Shown: positions 18,301 through 28,071, counted from the first letter of the stretch. The stretch: 62,144 nucleotides of DNA from a candidate division WOR-3 bacterium (GCA_020343455.1 CP070795.1:1338756-1400899), one strand, 5' to 3'. Made by a program: numbers and translations. The notes: generated by a model not told the origin, from the sequence alone.

Positions 18301-20074
18301 CGGTCCGGCGATCACGGTCATAGAGCAACCTGAAAACACATACCTTGCAGGCCCGTATGTCGTGAGCGCGGAGATCACCGACGCTTCTGGTGTTCTGGCA
18401 GATTCGCTGTACTACATCGTCGATGATTCGGTTACGGCTATAGGACATACGACTGCTATAGGTGATACGTTCGGTTATGAAATACCCACGCAGGCGCCCG
18501 GGACAGTGATCGAGTACTATGTGGGTGCGTGGGACAATTTGAATAACGGCTCGACGAGTGATCGCTACAGTTTCTGGATGTTATCGCCGATGGCGCCGAG
18601 CGACCTTGAAGTACTTGGATTGGCGGATTCGACGGTGCAGCTTGATTGGCTACCGCCGGGTGAGGAAATATCGTACCATGGTGCGCTTACCTATTACTGG
18701 TATTCAATGACCGGTGATATGGTCGCCACCCAATTCACGCCGCAGCATACACCGTGTAGATTAGAGGCGGCTTCGATCACGTTCTACACTTGGTACGATT
18801 CCCTCGTGTTCTATGTCTGGGCCGATGATGGGTCAGGTAATCCCGGCACGGTTCTCTACGTGGACACGCTTGCCAACTCTCAGGTCTACCCGAATGCTGA
18901 GATATTCGATCTCACCGGAGCGGATATCGTTGTCGACGGTGATTTCCACGTCGGGTACGAGTGGTTGAATGATACCACGCCGTGCCTGCTTTGTGATGCT
19001 GGTGCGAATACCTCAAGGAGCAAAGCCAATGTGGGTGCCGGATGGCTGCCGACTGGTTATGATTTCTTCACGACCGCGGTCGTCAGTTATATCCCACCCA
19101 TTACCGAGGGTCTTGTTGCGGCGAGCCGTATGTCCAGCAGTGTTGTCATGCCGATCAGCAGCGACCGGAACGGGCGTGGCGGTGAGCGCGTAGCGAACAA
19201 TCGGTTAGTGAAGGTCAAATTGGAGCCGGTCGACGCTGTTGGTCCGGGATTGTTAGAACGGATACTGGGAATAAGCAATTTCGAGGTCGAGCGGAGCGAG
19301 TCCGAGGGTGGTCCGTATACTTCTTTGGGCACGACGTCGCAGTCGGGGTATATTGACACCACGATTGCCGATGAGACCCGTTATTACTACGTAGTCAAGG
19401 CGAACTACACGGCACCGGAGTCGGCATCGGTCTATTCGAACGAGGTGACGATCGGGATTGATTTCAGTCCGCCGGCCTATGCGAATACGACCTATGATTC
19501 GCTCGTTGGTGGACCGTGGGTCGTGTCGACCGACATCACCGACTGGACGGGCTTGGCGTATGATTCGCTTGCATACCGTGCAGACGGTGGTGCGTTTGCC
19601 TATGTTACACATGACAGCATATCCGGCAATACGTACTACTATACGATACCATCTTACCCGAGTTACACGGTCATCGATTTCTATCTCTTCAGTGAGGATT
19701 CATCCTGGATGCAGAATGCGGGTCGGGATCCGTTGACTGGCTATTACTCCTGGACGGTTACCGGGATTGCGGATTACGAACCGGAGATGATACCGGATCG
19801 CGTATTCTTCAATCAGAATCGGCCCAACCCGTTCAGCCAGTTCACGCAGATCGAATACGGCGTGCCGCGCAGCATGCACGTGAACATATCGGTCTACAAC
19901 ACGGCGGGGCAGCGCGTGAAGACGCTGACCGACGAGATCAAAGCGGCGGGCTACTATATTGTAGCATGGCCCGGCACCGATGATCTCGGGCGTCGTCTGG
20001 CTGATGGCATCTACTTCATGCGGTTTACGAGCGAGGACCTGAAAGACACGAAGAAGATCATCCACGTACGCTAA
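15398..20074 (+). CDS. Giant secreted surface protein with an FG-GAP/VCBS-like beta-propeller, CARDB-like, MAM/jelly-roll-like and Fn3-like domains, and a T9SS C-terminal sorting domain
   Basis: The signal peptide MSKSLNVLLLMIIFVSSVWA follows GAGGAGG. At least six IGD-x-D-x-x-x-x-(D/N)(D/E)-I/L-V repeats are present. CARDB-like segments include VNIVNSGTAAQSGF and VTVRNYGLNT. The C-terminus is RPNPFSQFTQIEYGV...DGIYFMRF. Confidence 0.75.
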   Translation: MSKSLNVLLLMIIFVSSVWAEKQGDTDIQWYAGGSFGTRANWTNVKLYDGSSTLRDIVIGTKIKGATDDTIRLFSVSSASPRNVMLMTDTSTSSTTPIENRWIADTLYQPGTGFYSAAIGDVDRDGDDDLVFGRTSSPYNMLWKYWTGTGWNTTDTLITTNGSYGYIYDIKIGDANNDGYADDIIYTNRYAVMRAYWNGSSWDTLRLWDGNGSTCYGVAIGDFDASHTGNEIVAVTYGPTGSAEVMEIMWNSVTSSWDLYQILMAPVDFNMYAVEIGDFDASHPGNEIAIGCGGTLTDDYGSIIEVYGSGTSWSYRACYTPPAYHYVRDMGIGDFLDENAGDEIVFVVSTSPYEVRAVYGSGATWYDQALFSPGGTSYGVDVGDVDQYRTANDEIAITGYYDIYEAEQIWYTNDLGVNWARLRNPTSIINLQDTITVNIVNSGTAAQSGFSVGYSFQTNPASGSVVYSGTLSPGTTDSVKIPITFNTLGWDTLYVYTMLGGDENPANDTTLFHIEVYDDSTVAASGFNVLNFPPRGWTATILAGTYNWARYTSPTLPSAPVLEGYAVAGYNSYSASAGYMARLRTHQFNVGPSAKKLMLRFYMYGDDGYATQNDSIYVEYSFDDVNYTTVAGFDRVDTIDAWRVFDVEIGDFAANMDMYVGFLAVSKSGYRMYIDSVRLFTTTPTAANTDAGVVAIEPWAAPLFVGDSLEVTVTVRNYGLNTLTTTPVFFTDGGADTTTETWTGSLVIGQTDDFVFSEKFVPAASGDVTLWAGTALPGDQVSENDTTSITFTVCPFSNVPPYVKDFEEDWSNSTNPPFCGWTIIDGGTETPNIVNNNDWHKYYYSTTSSNVARIYWSPVETSDDWLISPRLDCSNSGGSYTLTYWHYYNDYTTSNLDSGRVLLSTDGGTNWQTVAIYSNADSSGLETFDITALVAGQSDVKVGFHYVATDEMYWYVDDFRLDFLADTTGPAITVIEQPENTYLAGPYVVSAEITDASGVLADSLYYIVDDSVTAIGHTTAIGDTFGYEIPTQAPGTVIEYYVGAWDNLNNGSTSDRYSFWMLSPMAPSDLEVLGLADSTVQLDWLPPGEEISYHGALTYYWYSMTGDMVATQFTPQHTPCRLEAASITFYTWYDSLVFYVWADDGSGNPGTVLYVDTLANSQVYPNAEIFDLTGADIVVDGDFHVGYEWLNDTTPCLLCDAGANTSRSKANVGAGWLPTGYDFFTTAVVSYIPPITEGLVAASRMSSSVVMPISSDRNGRGGERVANNRLVKVKLEPVDAVGPGLLERILGISNFEVERSESEGGPYTSLGTTSQSGYIDTTIADETRYYYVVKANYTAPESASVYSNEVTIGIDFSPPAYANTTYDSLVGGPWVVSTDITDWTGLAYDSLAYRADGGAFAYVTHDSISGNTYYYTIPSYPSYTVIDFYLFSEDSSWMQNAGRDPLTGYYSWTVTGIADYEPEMIPDRVFFNQNRPNPFSQFTQIEYGVPRSMHVNISVYNTAGQRVKTLTDEIKAAGYYIVAWPGTDDLGRRLADGIYFMRFTSEDLKDTKKIIHVR

Positions 20075-20095
20075 TTATCGAGCAGGAATCGTAAG

Positions 20096-20128
20096 ACGTG
20101 GGGCGGCCTTTGGCTGCCCCACGTTCTT
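20096..20128 (+). terminator. Intrinsic terminator after the giant gene
   Basis: The stem ACGTGGGGC-g-GCC / GGC-t-GCCCCACGT is followed by TCTT, a weak T-tract. Confidence 0.55.
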
Positions 20129-20229
20129 GGCGGAATCGATCCACTCGTTTGAGTCTCTGTGAGCGCGCAATGGGCAGAACGTTCGGTGACGTTTCCCGGC
20201 ATGGCTCGATGTTTCTTTACGCCTTTTTA

Positions 20230-20257
20230 TTGACAAGTATAGCAATATCCGTATAAT
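20230..20257 (+). promoter_or_regulatory. Consensus sigma70 promoter of the ftsB-like operon
   Basis: TTGACA (20230-20235), a 16-nt spacer and TATAAT (20252-20257). The leader is very short (GTG 20270 or ATG 20276). Confidence 0.6.
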
Positions 20258-20269
20258 TCAGTTTGTACG

Positions 20270-20563
20270 GTGAGAATGAAACGGCGGCGAAAGAGGGCAA
20301 AGAAGAGATATGGAATAATAGCCATGATCATTATTCTTTCCGTGCCCCTTTTCTATCTGGGTAGGAGAGTATATAAGTTCGCTGGTGTTTTGCTTGAGGA
20401 GAAAGAATTGGAGAAGAAGAAGATCGTGCTGCAGGCGGAAAACGATGTGATGATGTTGAGGGTCGAGGAATACAGAAAAGGTGTCCTGACCGAGACCAAA
20501 GCCCGAGAGGATCTCGGTATGATAAGAGAAGGCGAGAAAGTGTTTCTGGTACCCAAGAAATGA
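20270..20563 (+). CDS. Septum formation initiator family protein (FtsB/DivIC-like)
   Basis: A basic N-terminus is followed by one TM helix, a coiled coil and the conserved tail AREDLGMIREGEKVF. The start is either GTG 20270 or ATG 20276. Confidence 0.65.
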   Translation: MRMKRRRKRAKKRYGIIAMIIILSVPLFYLGRRVYKFAGVLLEEKELEKKKIVLQAENDVMMLRVEEYRKGVLTETKAREDLGMIREGEKVFLVPKK

Positions 20564-21228
20564 TCTACCAGTTGGCAATCACTCCTTTCCGATTTGAGCC
20601 CTGCCGGAGCGACGCCAGTTTTGCTCCGGGCGAGCAGGTCATTCTCAAGAGTAAAGAAGGTATCGATATCGGTAAGGTGATCGCCGCCCAGAAAGATGAT
20701 ACGGGCGATTATTACGGAGAAATCATTCGCAGCGTCACTCCGGAGGATCTCATCAAACGCGGCGAGCTACAGGAATATGAGGATTTCTGTCTGGTGGAAT
20801 TTAAAAAGGCAGTTGAGGAGTTCAATGTTGCGATGAAGCCTGTTTATTGCCACTGCCAGTTCGATGAGGAACGGGTGATGTTCTATTTTACGGCTGAAAA
20901 GAGACTCGAATTCCGCAGGTTGCATCGCAGTATATCGCAAAGATTGAATAAGCGGGTAGTGATCAAGCAGATAGGTGTCCGTGATTATTCTAAACTTTTT
21001 GGTGGGATCGGTCCGTGTGGCAGGAATCTCTGCTGCTCCGCATTTCTCAATGAGTTAAAGTCGATCTCCCTGCGAATGGCGAGAGAGCAGAAACTGTACG
21101 TATCCCCGAGTAAAATATCCGGTGTGTGCGGCAAGTTGCTATGCTGCCTGAATTTTGAGGAGAATTACTACACCGATTTTCAGGAGAGAAACTTCAGCAA
21201 AGCGATGCAGGTTGATGAAGAAGAATAG
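20560..21228 (+). CDS. PSP1 domain protein (YaaT/RicT-like)
   Basis: A Cys-rich PSP1 core is present (GPCGRNLCCSAFL...GVCGKLLCCLNFE). The start overlaps the upstream stop codon as ATGA. Confidence 0.75.
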   Translation: MIYQLAITPFRFEPCRSDASFAPGEQVILKSKEGIDIGKVIAAQKDDTGDYYGEIIRSVTPEDLIKRGELQEYEDFCLVEFKKAVEEFNVAMKPVYCHCQFDEERVMFYFTAEKRLEFRRLHRSISQRLNKRVVIKQIGVRDYSKLFGGIGPCGRNLCCSAFLNELKSISLRMAREQKLYVSPSKISGVCGKLLCCLNFEENYYTDFQERNFSKAMQVDEEE

Positions 21229-21263
21229 ACCTGCATCGGCAAAGATACATCCTGCAGAATATC

Positions 21264-21989
21264 ATGAAGTTGGACGAGCTCATTGATCTGGTAAAGACGC
21301 TCCGCGAAAAATGCCCCTGGGATAGAGCTCAGACAATTGATACATTGAAGAATAAAGTAATCGAGGAGTCGTATGAACTGGTCGATGCGATATCCGAGAA
21401 TAGAACTGAGGCAATCGTTGAGGAGATCGGCGATGTACTTTTTCTTTCTCTTTTTCTTGCGAGGATCCTGGAGGAAGAAGGCAGGACGAAGCTCGATGTC
21501 CTTATCAATTCTGCGTTAGAAAAATATCGTAAGAAGCACCCCCATGTATTCGAAAGTAAGGACCTCAAAGATGCACATGAGGTGCTGGAATTCTGGCACA
21601 AGAGCAAGGGGGATATCTTTGCGGGTATACCGGAGATCTTGCCGGCGTTGCTCGCCGCAAAAGTGATCCAGGAGAGGGCGGCGAGAGTCGGCTTTGACTG
21701 GGATACGCGGTCCGGACCACTGGAAAAAGTGCGTGAAGAGGTTGGTGAGCTCGAAAAGAGTGAAGAAGCGGCGCGTGGCGAGGAGCTGGGTGATCTTCTC
21801 TTTGCATGTGTTAATCTTGCTCGGCATATGGGTGTGGATCCTGAGGAAGCGCTGAGGAGTGCCAACAGGAAGTTCGTCAGACGCTTCAGAAAAGTCCTGG
21901 AGGTGTTAAAGAAACAGGGAAAGGATTTGGATAAGGCAGGGCTTGTCGAGATGGACGCAATTTGGGATGGCCTCAAGAAGGAAGAATAA
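21264..21989 (+). CDS. mazG: Nucleoside triphosphate pyrophosphohydrolase MazG
   Basis: CPWDRAQT and two MazG EExxE/D-type helices are present (EESYELVDAI, EEIGDVLF, EEVGELE, EELGDLLF). Confidence 0.85.
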   Translation: MKLDELIDLVKTLREKCPWDRAQTIDTLKNKVIEESYELVDAISENRTEAIVEEIGDVLFLSLFLARILEEEGRTKLDVLINSALEKYRKKHPHVFESKDLKDAHEVLEFWHKSKGDIFAGIPEILPALLAAKVIQERAARVGFDWDTRSGPLEKVREEVGELEKSEEAARGEELGDLLFACVNLARHMGVDPEEALRSANRKFVRRFRKVLEVLKKQGKDLDKAGLVEMDAIWDGLKKEE

Positions 21990-22641
21990 CGTACGCGTGG
22001 ATGCCGAGCGTGAGATCGATGACATCAGGGCGGGGCTTAAAGAACTCGGCATCGATGCGGCCGGTCAGACAATCGAAAAGTTCAGGATTTATCTCGACGC
22101 TCTTTACGCCTACCGAGGTCGGATGCATCTTTTGTCCCACCGGGACTATGAGCGCATCAGCACGCGCCATTTCTTGACCTCTTTGGTTGCCCATCCTTAT
22201 GTGAAGGATAGCCGCAGAATATGCGATGTTGGCGCCGGTGCAGGCTTTCCCTCTCTTCCGCTGAAAATTCTCTTTCCAGAGGTCCATTTCGTCCTCTTCG
22301 AATCGAACCGCAAGAAAGCGGAATTCCTCGATCACTTGGTAGACGTGCTTAACCTCCACAGGATAGAAGTGATCAACGCAAGGGCGGAAGGGTACTCGGG
22401 GCAAGGTTTTGACCTGGCTCTACTAAGGGCCGTGGGCAAGGTAGATAGAATGCTCAGGGTTGTGCATAGGCTTCTCATCCGGGGAGGGAGGGCTATTTTC
22501 TTCAAAACTCAGGATGTCGATGCAGAACTCCGGCGTGCCTCGACAGCGATGAGCAAAATGGGATACGATGTTGAAGTGAGAAAGATCGAAACGCCTGTCG
22601 AGAAGATTCCGATGGCATTAGTTATTCTGCACAAGCTGTAA
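21943..22641 (+). CDS. rsmG: 16S rRNA (guanine527-N7)-methyltransferase RsmG
   Basis: The SAM-binding motif is ICDVGAGAGFPSLPLKI, with RKKAEFL downstream. The true start is probably internal to the 47-nt overlap with mazG. Confidence 0.8.
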   Translation: MSRWTQFGMASRRKNNVRVDAEREIDDIRAGLKELGIDAAGQTIEKFRIYLDALYAYRGRMHLLSHRDYERISTRHFLTSLVAHPYVKDSRRICDVGAGAGFPSLPLKILFPEVHFVLFESNRKKAEFLDHLVDVLNLHRIEVINARAEGYSGQGFDLALLRAVGKVDRMLRVVHRLLIRGGRAIFFKTQDVDAELRRASTAMSKMGYDVEVRKIETPVEKIPMALVILHKL

Positions 22642-22781
22642 TATTGTTGAGTTTCTCACTTTTCCGACTGAGAGTCATACGGATGCAGTTCCTAAATCAT
22701 AGAAAAGACGGTGTCCGTGGTGTTCATTCATTTGTGTGATCATCAAACGGAGCGTGGAGATGAAGCACTGGAGTATCGAGC

Positions 22782-22809
22782 TTGACAAGAGCGATATAAT
22801 AAATATAAT
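22782..22809 (+). promoter_or_regulatory. Consensus sigma70 promoter of the ferredoxin gene
   Basis: TTGACA (22782-22787), a 16-nt spacer and TATAAT (22804-22809). GAGGAGG lies before the ATG at 22834. Confidence 0.65.
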
Positions 22810-22833
22810 ACACAGATTAAATGAGGAGGTATT

Positions 22834-23040
22834 ATGGCGTATAAAATAAATGAAGAATGTACGGCATGCGGGCTCTGTGAGCCGGAGTGTCCAGTTCAGG
22901 CAATTGCAGCTGGAGATCCTATCTATACGATCGATCCGGTGAAGTGTGTGGAGTGCGAGGGCCATTTCGATGAACCTCAGTGTGCTTCAGTATGCCCGGT
23001 GGATGCATGCGTCCCCGATCCTGATCATCCAAAGAAGTAG
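22834..23040 (+). CDS. 2x[4Fe-4S] ferredoxin
   Basis: Two cluster-binding blocks are present, [12 protein letters not shown] and [18 protein letters not shown]. Confidence 0.85.
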   Translation: MAYKINEECTACGLCEPECPVQAIAAGDPIYTIDPVKCVECEGHFDEPQCASVCPVDACVPDPDHPKK

Positions 23041-23060
23041 GTTTCTAAAGAGAACAAATG

Positions 23061-23092
23061 AAATGCGGTCGGAAAACCGACCGCATTTTTTT
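23061..23092. terminator. Bidirectional intrinsic terminator between convergent genes
   Basis: A perfect 12-bp stem AAATGCGGTCGG / CCGACCGCATTT has a 4-nt loop and is followed by TTTTTTT. The opposite strand is also T-rich after the stem. Confidence 0.8.
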
Positions 23093-23112
23093 ATTGATGA
23101 TGTGCGCAGTAA

Positions 23113-24015
23113 TCAGTTCGAACTCAATGTAAACTGTGCATCCAAGTAGGCGCCTTCGGAGTCGGTGGCGCGAACGAATACCTCAAAAGCAGAGATGTCC
23201 CCGGCATTGCCGTATATTACACCGTTGTCCGCATCGATCATGATGCCCTCGGGAGCCTGTAAGAGTGAAAATGACATGTGGTCTCCGTCCGGATCGAATA
23301 TCGGGAGGACATAATGGACGTTCTGCGGCGAGCATTTCACAGAATCGGTCTTGGTCGTGAAAACAGGAGGTGCGTTGGCGATGGTGATTTCGAATGGAAA
23401 TGGTTCAGAACGGTGTTCACCATCGTCGGCAAACGCGGCGCCGGTTATGACGTCATTCTTCTTCAAACTGAGCGGTGTCAGCGGCAATACGTTCGACGTG
23501 TTGGGGAGTACGTCATCCTCGACCAGCCAGTGAACGACGAGGTCAATATCATCACCATCGGCGTCTTCGAAAAGCGCATTCAACGTGACCTGGGGGGTGG
23601 TGACATCTATGATCTCGGGTATTACCGAAACCGAGACGATCCTCGGGGGTAGACCGCCGACCGTTATTTCACTTGATCTCATCATCTCGCCATATGCTTT
23701 GCCATCGTACGGTGTCACTTCGGCAAATATTCTGTCCCCCTTCTTGATTTCCGGGTAGGTAAGGGACATGCCTTCGCCGATCTCTTCATCGTTGACATAC
23801 CATTTGACCTCGTAGGTTATCGGGTCGCCATCCTTGTCCGAAGCGAGGATACGGGCAGTGATTTCCGATTGAACGGTTGGATTGAGCGGCAGTAGTGTAA
23901 TGTTCTCAAGTACGGGCGGACGATTGACGGCGGCGCTGTCTTCTTCCTTTTTCCCACCGCACGTGACGACAGCGAGGGCGACGATAATCCCGAATGCGAA
24001 TATCGACTTACTCAA
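23113..24015 (-). CDS. Lipoprotein with tandem cadherin-like/Ig-like domains
   Basis: The lipobox is LAVVTCGG. DKDGDPITY and DPDGDHMSFSLLQAPEGIMID motifs are typical of dystroglycan-type cadherin-like repeats. The start codon is TTG, after GGAGGTG. Confidence 0.65.
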   Translation of the reverse strand: MSKSIFAFGIIVALAVVTCGGKKEEDSAAVNRPPVLENITLLPLNPTVQSEITARILASDKDGDPITYEVKWYVNDEEIGEGMSLTYPEIKKGDRIFAEVTPYDGKAYGEMMRSSEITVGGLPPRIVSVSVIPEIIDVTTPQVTLNALFEDADGDDIDLVVHWLVEDDVLPNTSNVLPLTPLSLKKNDVITGAAFADDGEHRSEPFPFEITIANAPPVFTTKTDSVKCSPQNVHYVLPIFDPDGDHMSFSLLQAPEGIMIDADNGVIYGNAGDISAFEVFVRATDSEGAYLDAQFTLSSN

Positions 24016-24034
24016 GTATCACCTCCGTTCCATG

Positions 24035-24062
24035 AGTATAGGCACATTTTGGCATGTGTCAA
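24035..24062 (-). promoter_or_regulatory. sigma70-type promoter internal to the pilus cluster, ahead of the lipoprotein gene
   Basis: On the minus strand, TTGACA (24062-24057), a 16-nt spacer and TATACT (24040-24035). Confidence 0.5.
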
Positions 24063-24101
24063 TGTGCGCTTGCGACCGACGCCTTCGGATTGGCGACCTC
24101 A

Positions 24102-24407
24102 TTATCGTTTCTCGATCAGTTTACCGTCTACCACTTCGTATAGTTTTTCGATCCGTACGTACGTTCTAACCCCGGTACGACTGAGTCGGTCGCGGACGAG
24201 TGTGGCCGTGAACGGAAAGGAGATATTCTGCACGTCGAATTCCAAATCCCTGTGAACCAGGGAGGCGCGTGCATTGGGGACGTAGATCCTCAAGCCATCG
24301 ACGAGGACTAGTGAATCACCTTCGATCCCGTGGACCATGCCCAGATAGGTCTCTTCGGCAAAGAGACATAAGCATAAAGTGAGCGAAAGCAGTATGATCA
24401 TTTTCAT
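24102..24407 (-). CDS. Small secreted hypothetical protein encoded directly after pilY1
   Basis: The signal peptide is MKMIILLSLTLCLCLFA. The gene starts 10 nt after the pilY1 stop codon. No family was recognised. Confidence 0.5.
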   Translation of the reverse strand: MKMIILLSLTLCLCLFAEETYLGMVHGIEGDSLVLVDGLRIYVPNARASLVHRDLEFDVQNISFPFTATLVRDRLSRTGVRTYVRIEKLYEVVDGKLIEKR

Positions 24408-24417
24408 GTTAACCTCC

Positions 24418-27400
24418 TTATCTTCCCTTCCACATTATCACGCCGCTCCGGGGCAGACCAGGGATCCCGGTTTCTGGCGATACGATCACGCCTCCCACCT
24501 GAACAAAGACCTTTGTCTGGTCGGCAGTGACATAGAGCGATGGCTCTGACGGCATTCCCGCACCGAGTTCGATCCAGACGCGGTTCGTATCTCCGGTCAC
24601 GCCGAGGAAAGGCTCGATGTACGCCGTTCCGGTCTGGTAGTGCAGGGCGTATAGCTGACCCGTACCGCCGTAGGAGCATATGTCAGTGCCCGGTTTGAAC
24701 GACGTGAACAGCACGCTGCCGCCGATCACCAAACTCGTTGTTATGCACCGCTCACCGCCTCGCATCCAGCGGTACCAGCCGAGCTGATTGTTGACGAGAG
24801 TCTTCAACGAATCGAACGTGACGATACCGCCGCCCGGGATGTGGACCTGGTCCAGGGTATCGACCCACACATTCGTCACGTTATAGCGGTCCGCTACAAC
24901 CTCTGTATGGACCGTGTCATCGCGGAAGCCGACATAGAGCTGCTGGGTCGTGGTATCGGCCACGTCGAATTCGCTGTAAAGCCGTCCCGAGCCAAAGTAC
25001 ACCCACAGATGGTTATATTCATCTGTGGCGACCGAACCTTCTGCCGTTACCGGTCGTTGCATGTCCATGACCGATCCCCATGTCCAGGTGTTGGGATCAG
25101 CGCTGTCGTTCGTCAGGATGCGGTAGATCTTGCCGCGCCATGCCTTGACCGGTGGTCCGGCAAAGTAAGTGGCGCCGCAGTATATACGGTCCACGTTGTA
25201 ATCAATCCCCCAGTCGCAGGCGAATATGTTCGAGATGAACGAGCCTGCCTCAGGCAGGATGATCTTGCGCAATAGAGTTCCGGTCATCAGATCGAGAATG
25301 AAGATACGGCCGTTCTGGGTACATTCACCAGAACAACTCTGAGGACCCGAACCGAAGACGAGGAACCAGCTGTCACGAACCTTCACCACGGTTGAAAAGC
25401 AGGTGGTCAGTGCAAGATCCTGCGGAGAGTATTCCCACAGCGGTATCGGATCGTGCGGATCAGTGATATCGATCGCAAAGAAGGCTGAGGAGCATGTGTC
25501 ACCCGTTATTGCGATGGGCATGCCGCCGAGCCTCATACCTCCAATCAGGATTGTACCCCAGCCGCCCGGACGTTCCGGATCAGTGGGATCGAAGATCTGA
25601 GCGTCCGTAATATACGCCCTGAGGTCGACATAATAATTGTGGCACTGGTCATACCCCTTCTTACTCAGCCACTTCAAATGGGGCAGCAGATTGTACGGTA
25701 TGTACGCCCACAGTTCTTCGCCCAGTTCATGGCCGGCCGGCTCGAGGGTCATTGGAGTTAGGGCATTGTCGCTTCTCTGGGCAACGCCGCCGTTGAAGCA
25801 GTGAAGCATGCCGTCGTTGCTTCCCACGTATACGACATTCCTGCGGTCGCGGTAATAGTTGTAGTATTGCGCGTACGAGACATCGCCGTAGATGAAGTCA
25901 TAGCGCTCAACGGGCCGGCCGACAAGGGTCGGACCTGAGTTTATCACGTCCCCGAGCTTCCAGACCTTGCCGCCAGCAGTTCTTGTCCTCAGATCAGGAA
26001 AATCGGTGCCGCGGATGTATTGAATGATCGTATCCGCTTCATCGTCCGTTGAAACGCCGAGATACGGCTGCAGGGCAGATGCGTTGGCTGGCGTGAAATC
26101 GAGTATTTCTCCGGCATCGACAGTTCCGTTCTTATTGGCGTCGACAAATGTCATGATCGTCCGGGCTGCAGGCAACGTGTCCCAGAGCCACTCGCCTGCA
26201 TCCCATATGGGCCTCAAGCTGTCGATGGGCACAGCTGCGACCGAATCGAGTGTCTGGCCATTGCCATAGAGGTCCCTGTATTTGACGATCGTCACGCCGG
26301 TCTGATGTGAGATCATGTTGATAACATAGTCGTTCTCCAAATTGAGGGTGGCGTCGGTCTCTGTATCTTCACGCAGGAGACCGAACGGATCGAGCCAAAG
26401 CGCGTGGGTCGTGCCGATCCAGTCGAGCATCTCGTTGCCTGGATAGAGTTTCACCTGATAGAACTGCGATTGGATCGCCAGCCCGCCGCTCCTGGAGCCG
26501 GTGGAGACGACCGCTACCGGCGAAGCAGATTGCGTGCGCGCGATCATGGAGAAGATCGCCCTCTTCAGCGCCATTTCGATTTCATAACCGTCCCGGGCGA
26601 AGAAGTAGGTGTCGGGTATATTGTCAAAGTCGGCGTCCCATTCGACCTGTTGATCCGGTCTGTTATTGTCGTTGTTGTCCTGAAACCCGCCGAATTTGCA
26701 CGCGTCCATGAGCAGTGCGCTCTCCTCGAATGCGGCGATGCCGTAGAGCGCGACGTTCTGAACGTCAGGCAGGTTCCGGTCGAGCCACTCCGCACCAGGC
26801 GGAAGTGTGTCGGGTCTGAGGTCCGTTATATTGCCGTAGTATGCTAGGTGCACGAGATAGTTGGAGCCCTGGTCAGAGAAGGCGCCTGAGTTCGGGCCAG
26901 GCAAGATGCCTGAACCGGCATAGCTTGCAAAGGAGCGCAGATTATTTGCATTGGGCATGTCGGTGGCGCTATTAGGCACGTGCAGGTCCTTCTTCGATTG
27001 ACCGTCTGTGACAAGGAGCATGAAACTCTGGCGGCACGGCGTCATCTTTGCCCAGCCGGTCGGGCCGGGCAATCCTTTGTCATAGTATGGGTCTTTGGGC
27101 AGTACCACCTGCTTGACGTAATCACCGTTACTGTAGAAAGGCTCTGCCTGTGAAAAGTACCTGAGCATCTCCCAGTAGCATTCGCCGAGCGGCGTCCAGG
27201 AATCAAAAACGACGTTCCGTATCGCCTGATAGGTCGCCGTATACGTGACGTCGCCGATATATCCGGTTCCGCCTGTGATGCTGCCGCCATTGTCCGCGAA
27301 TGTCCCGGTCAACTCATCGTAGCCATCCCAGACGCCTCCTGGGCCGTAGTTGAAGTTCGCAATGCCGAAACGGGGCACATTGTCATCCCATACCCCGTCG

Positions 27401-28071
27401 TCGTTGATGTCTGCGATTTGGGCAAGGACGCCGCCCCACGCCGAACGTGGTATGTACACCCAAATGACGGACGAGCCGATCGATGGCAAGGGGCCGGTGC
27501 CGACCTGGGTAACGGAGATACTGGTTAGCATCGTGGCATCGTGCGTGACGTCGATCCGGCTGTAATTGCTGCTCGGCGATGTGCTTGAGCGGTAGTATAC
27601 GCTCCAGCTGTCTCGCCCTTCGCTCTCCAGTCGGACCGGATCTGAAGCAGCAGCCCATGTCGATGGTCCCCGGCCGCCGATAAGAGTTTTCTTGGCGACA
27701 TCGCCGCGGCTCATGATCGCCCAGTTTAAAATGTGGCCGGGATACGGGCCGGTCGGGCTCGCAAACCAGCCGGTCGCGGCGCCCGTGGTTCGGTATTCAT
27801 AGCTGCTGTCCGGATTGAAATAGCCGTAGTATCTGATCGTATCTGCGGGCGTTCCCTGTATGATTTCGTTAGTCGTATACGCGCGGTCGGCCATGGAGCC
27901 AGAATTGTCCAGAACGATGAGAACGTTCGGCGTCGGTGTTTTCCAGGTAAAGGGCGGGAAGCAGCAGTACGTGGTGTCAAGCTCTTGTCCAGACACAATG
28001 AGAAATGACAGCAACAGCAATTGGATTGCAATCCCTGTAAATGATTTGTGACCTGCGGTAATGTTACTCAT
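24418..28071 (-). CDS. pilY1: PilY1-like type IV pilus tip adhesin (N-terminal vWA plus C-terminal beta-propeller)
   Basis: The vWA MIDAS motif is VLIVLDNSGSM. The PilY1/PilC propeller signature is VVYVGSNDGMLHCFNGG. The protein is 1217 aa and follows the pilVWX-like genes. Confidence 0.8.
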   Translation of the reverse strand: MSNITAGHKSFTGIAIQLLLLSFLIVSGQELDTTYCCFPPFTWKTPTPNVLIVLDNSGSMADRAYTTNEIIQGTPADTIRYYGYFNPDSSYEYRTTGAATGWFASPTGPYPGHILNWAIMSRGDVAKKTLIGGRGPSTWAAASDPVRLESEGRDSWSVYYRSSTSPSSNYSRIDVTHDATMLTSISVTQVGTGPLPSIGSSVIWVYIPRSAWGGVLAQIADINDDGVWDDNVPRFGIANFNYGPGGVWDGYDELTGTFADNGGSITGGTGYIGDVTYTATYQAIRNVVFDSWTPLGECYWEMLRYFSQAEPFYSNGDYVKQVVLPKDPYYDKGLPGPTGWAKMTPCRQSFMLLVTDGQSKKDLHVPNSATDMPNANNLRSFASYAGSGILPGPNSGAFSDQGSNYLVHLAYYGNITDLRPDTLPPGAEWLDRNLPDVQNVALYGIAAFEESALLMDACKFGGFQDNNDNNRPDQQVEWDADFDNIPDTYFFARDGYEIEMALKRAIFSMIARTQSASPVAVVSTGSRSGGLAIQSQFYQVKLYPGNEMLDWIGTTHALWLDPFGLLREDTETDATLNLENDYVINMISHQTGVTIVKYRDLYGNGQTLDSVAAVPIDSLRPIWDAGEWLWDTLPAARTIMTFVDANKNGTVDAGEILDFTPANASALQPYLGVSTDDEADTIIQYIRGTDFPDLRTRTAGGKVWKLGDVINSGPTLVGRPVERYDFIYGDVSYAQYYNYYRDRRNVVYVGSNDGMLHCFNGGVAQRSDNALTPMTLEPAGHELGEELWAYIPYNLLPHLKWLSKKGYDQCHNYYVDLRAYITDAQIFDPTDPERPGGWGTILIGGMRLGGMPIAITGDTCSSAFFAIDITDPHDPIPLWEYSPQDLALTTCFSTVVKVRDSWFLVFGSGPQSCSGECTQNGRIFILDLMTGTLLRKIILPEAGSFISNIFACDWGIDYNVDRIYCGATYFAGPPVKAWRGKIYRILTNDSADPNTWTWGSVMDMQRPVTAEGSVATDEYNHLWVYFGSGRLYSEFDVADTTTQQLYVGFRDDTVHTEVVADRYNVTNVWVDTLDQVHIPGGGIVTFDSLKTLVNNQLGWYRWMRGGERCITTSLVIGGSVLFTSFKPGTDICSYGGTGQLYALHYQTGTAYIEPFLGVTGDTNRVWIELGAGMPSEPSLYVTADQTKVFVQVGGVIVSPETGIPGLPRSGVIMWKGR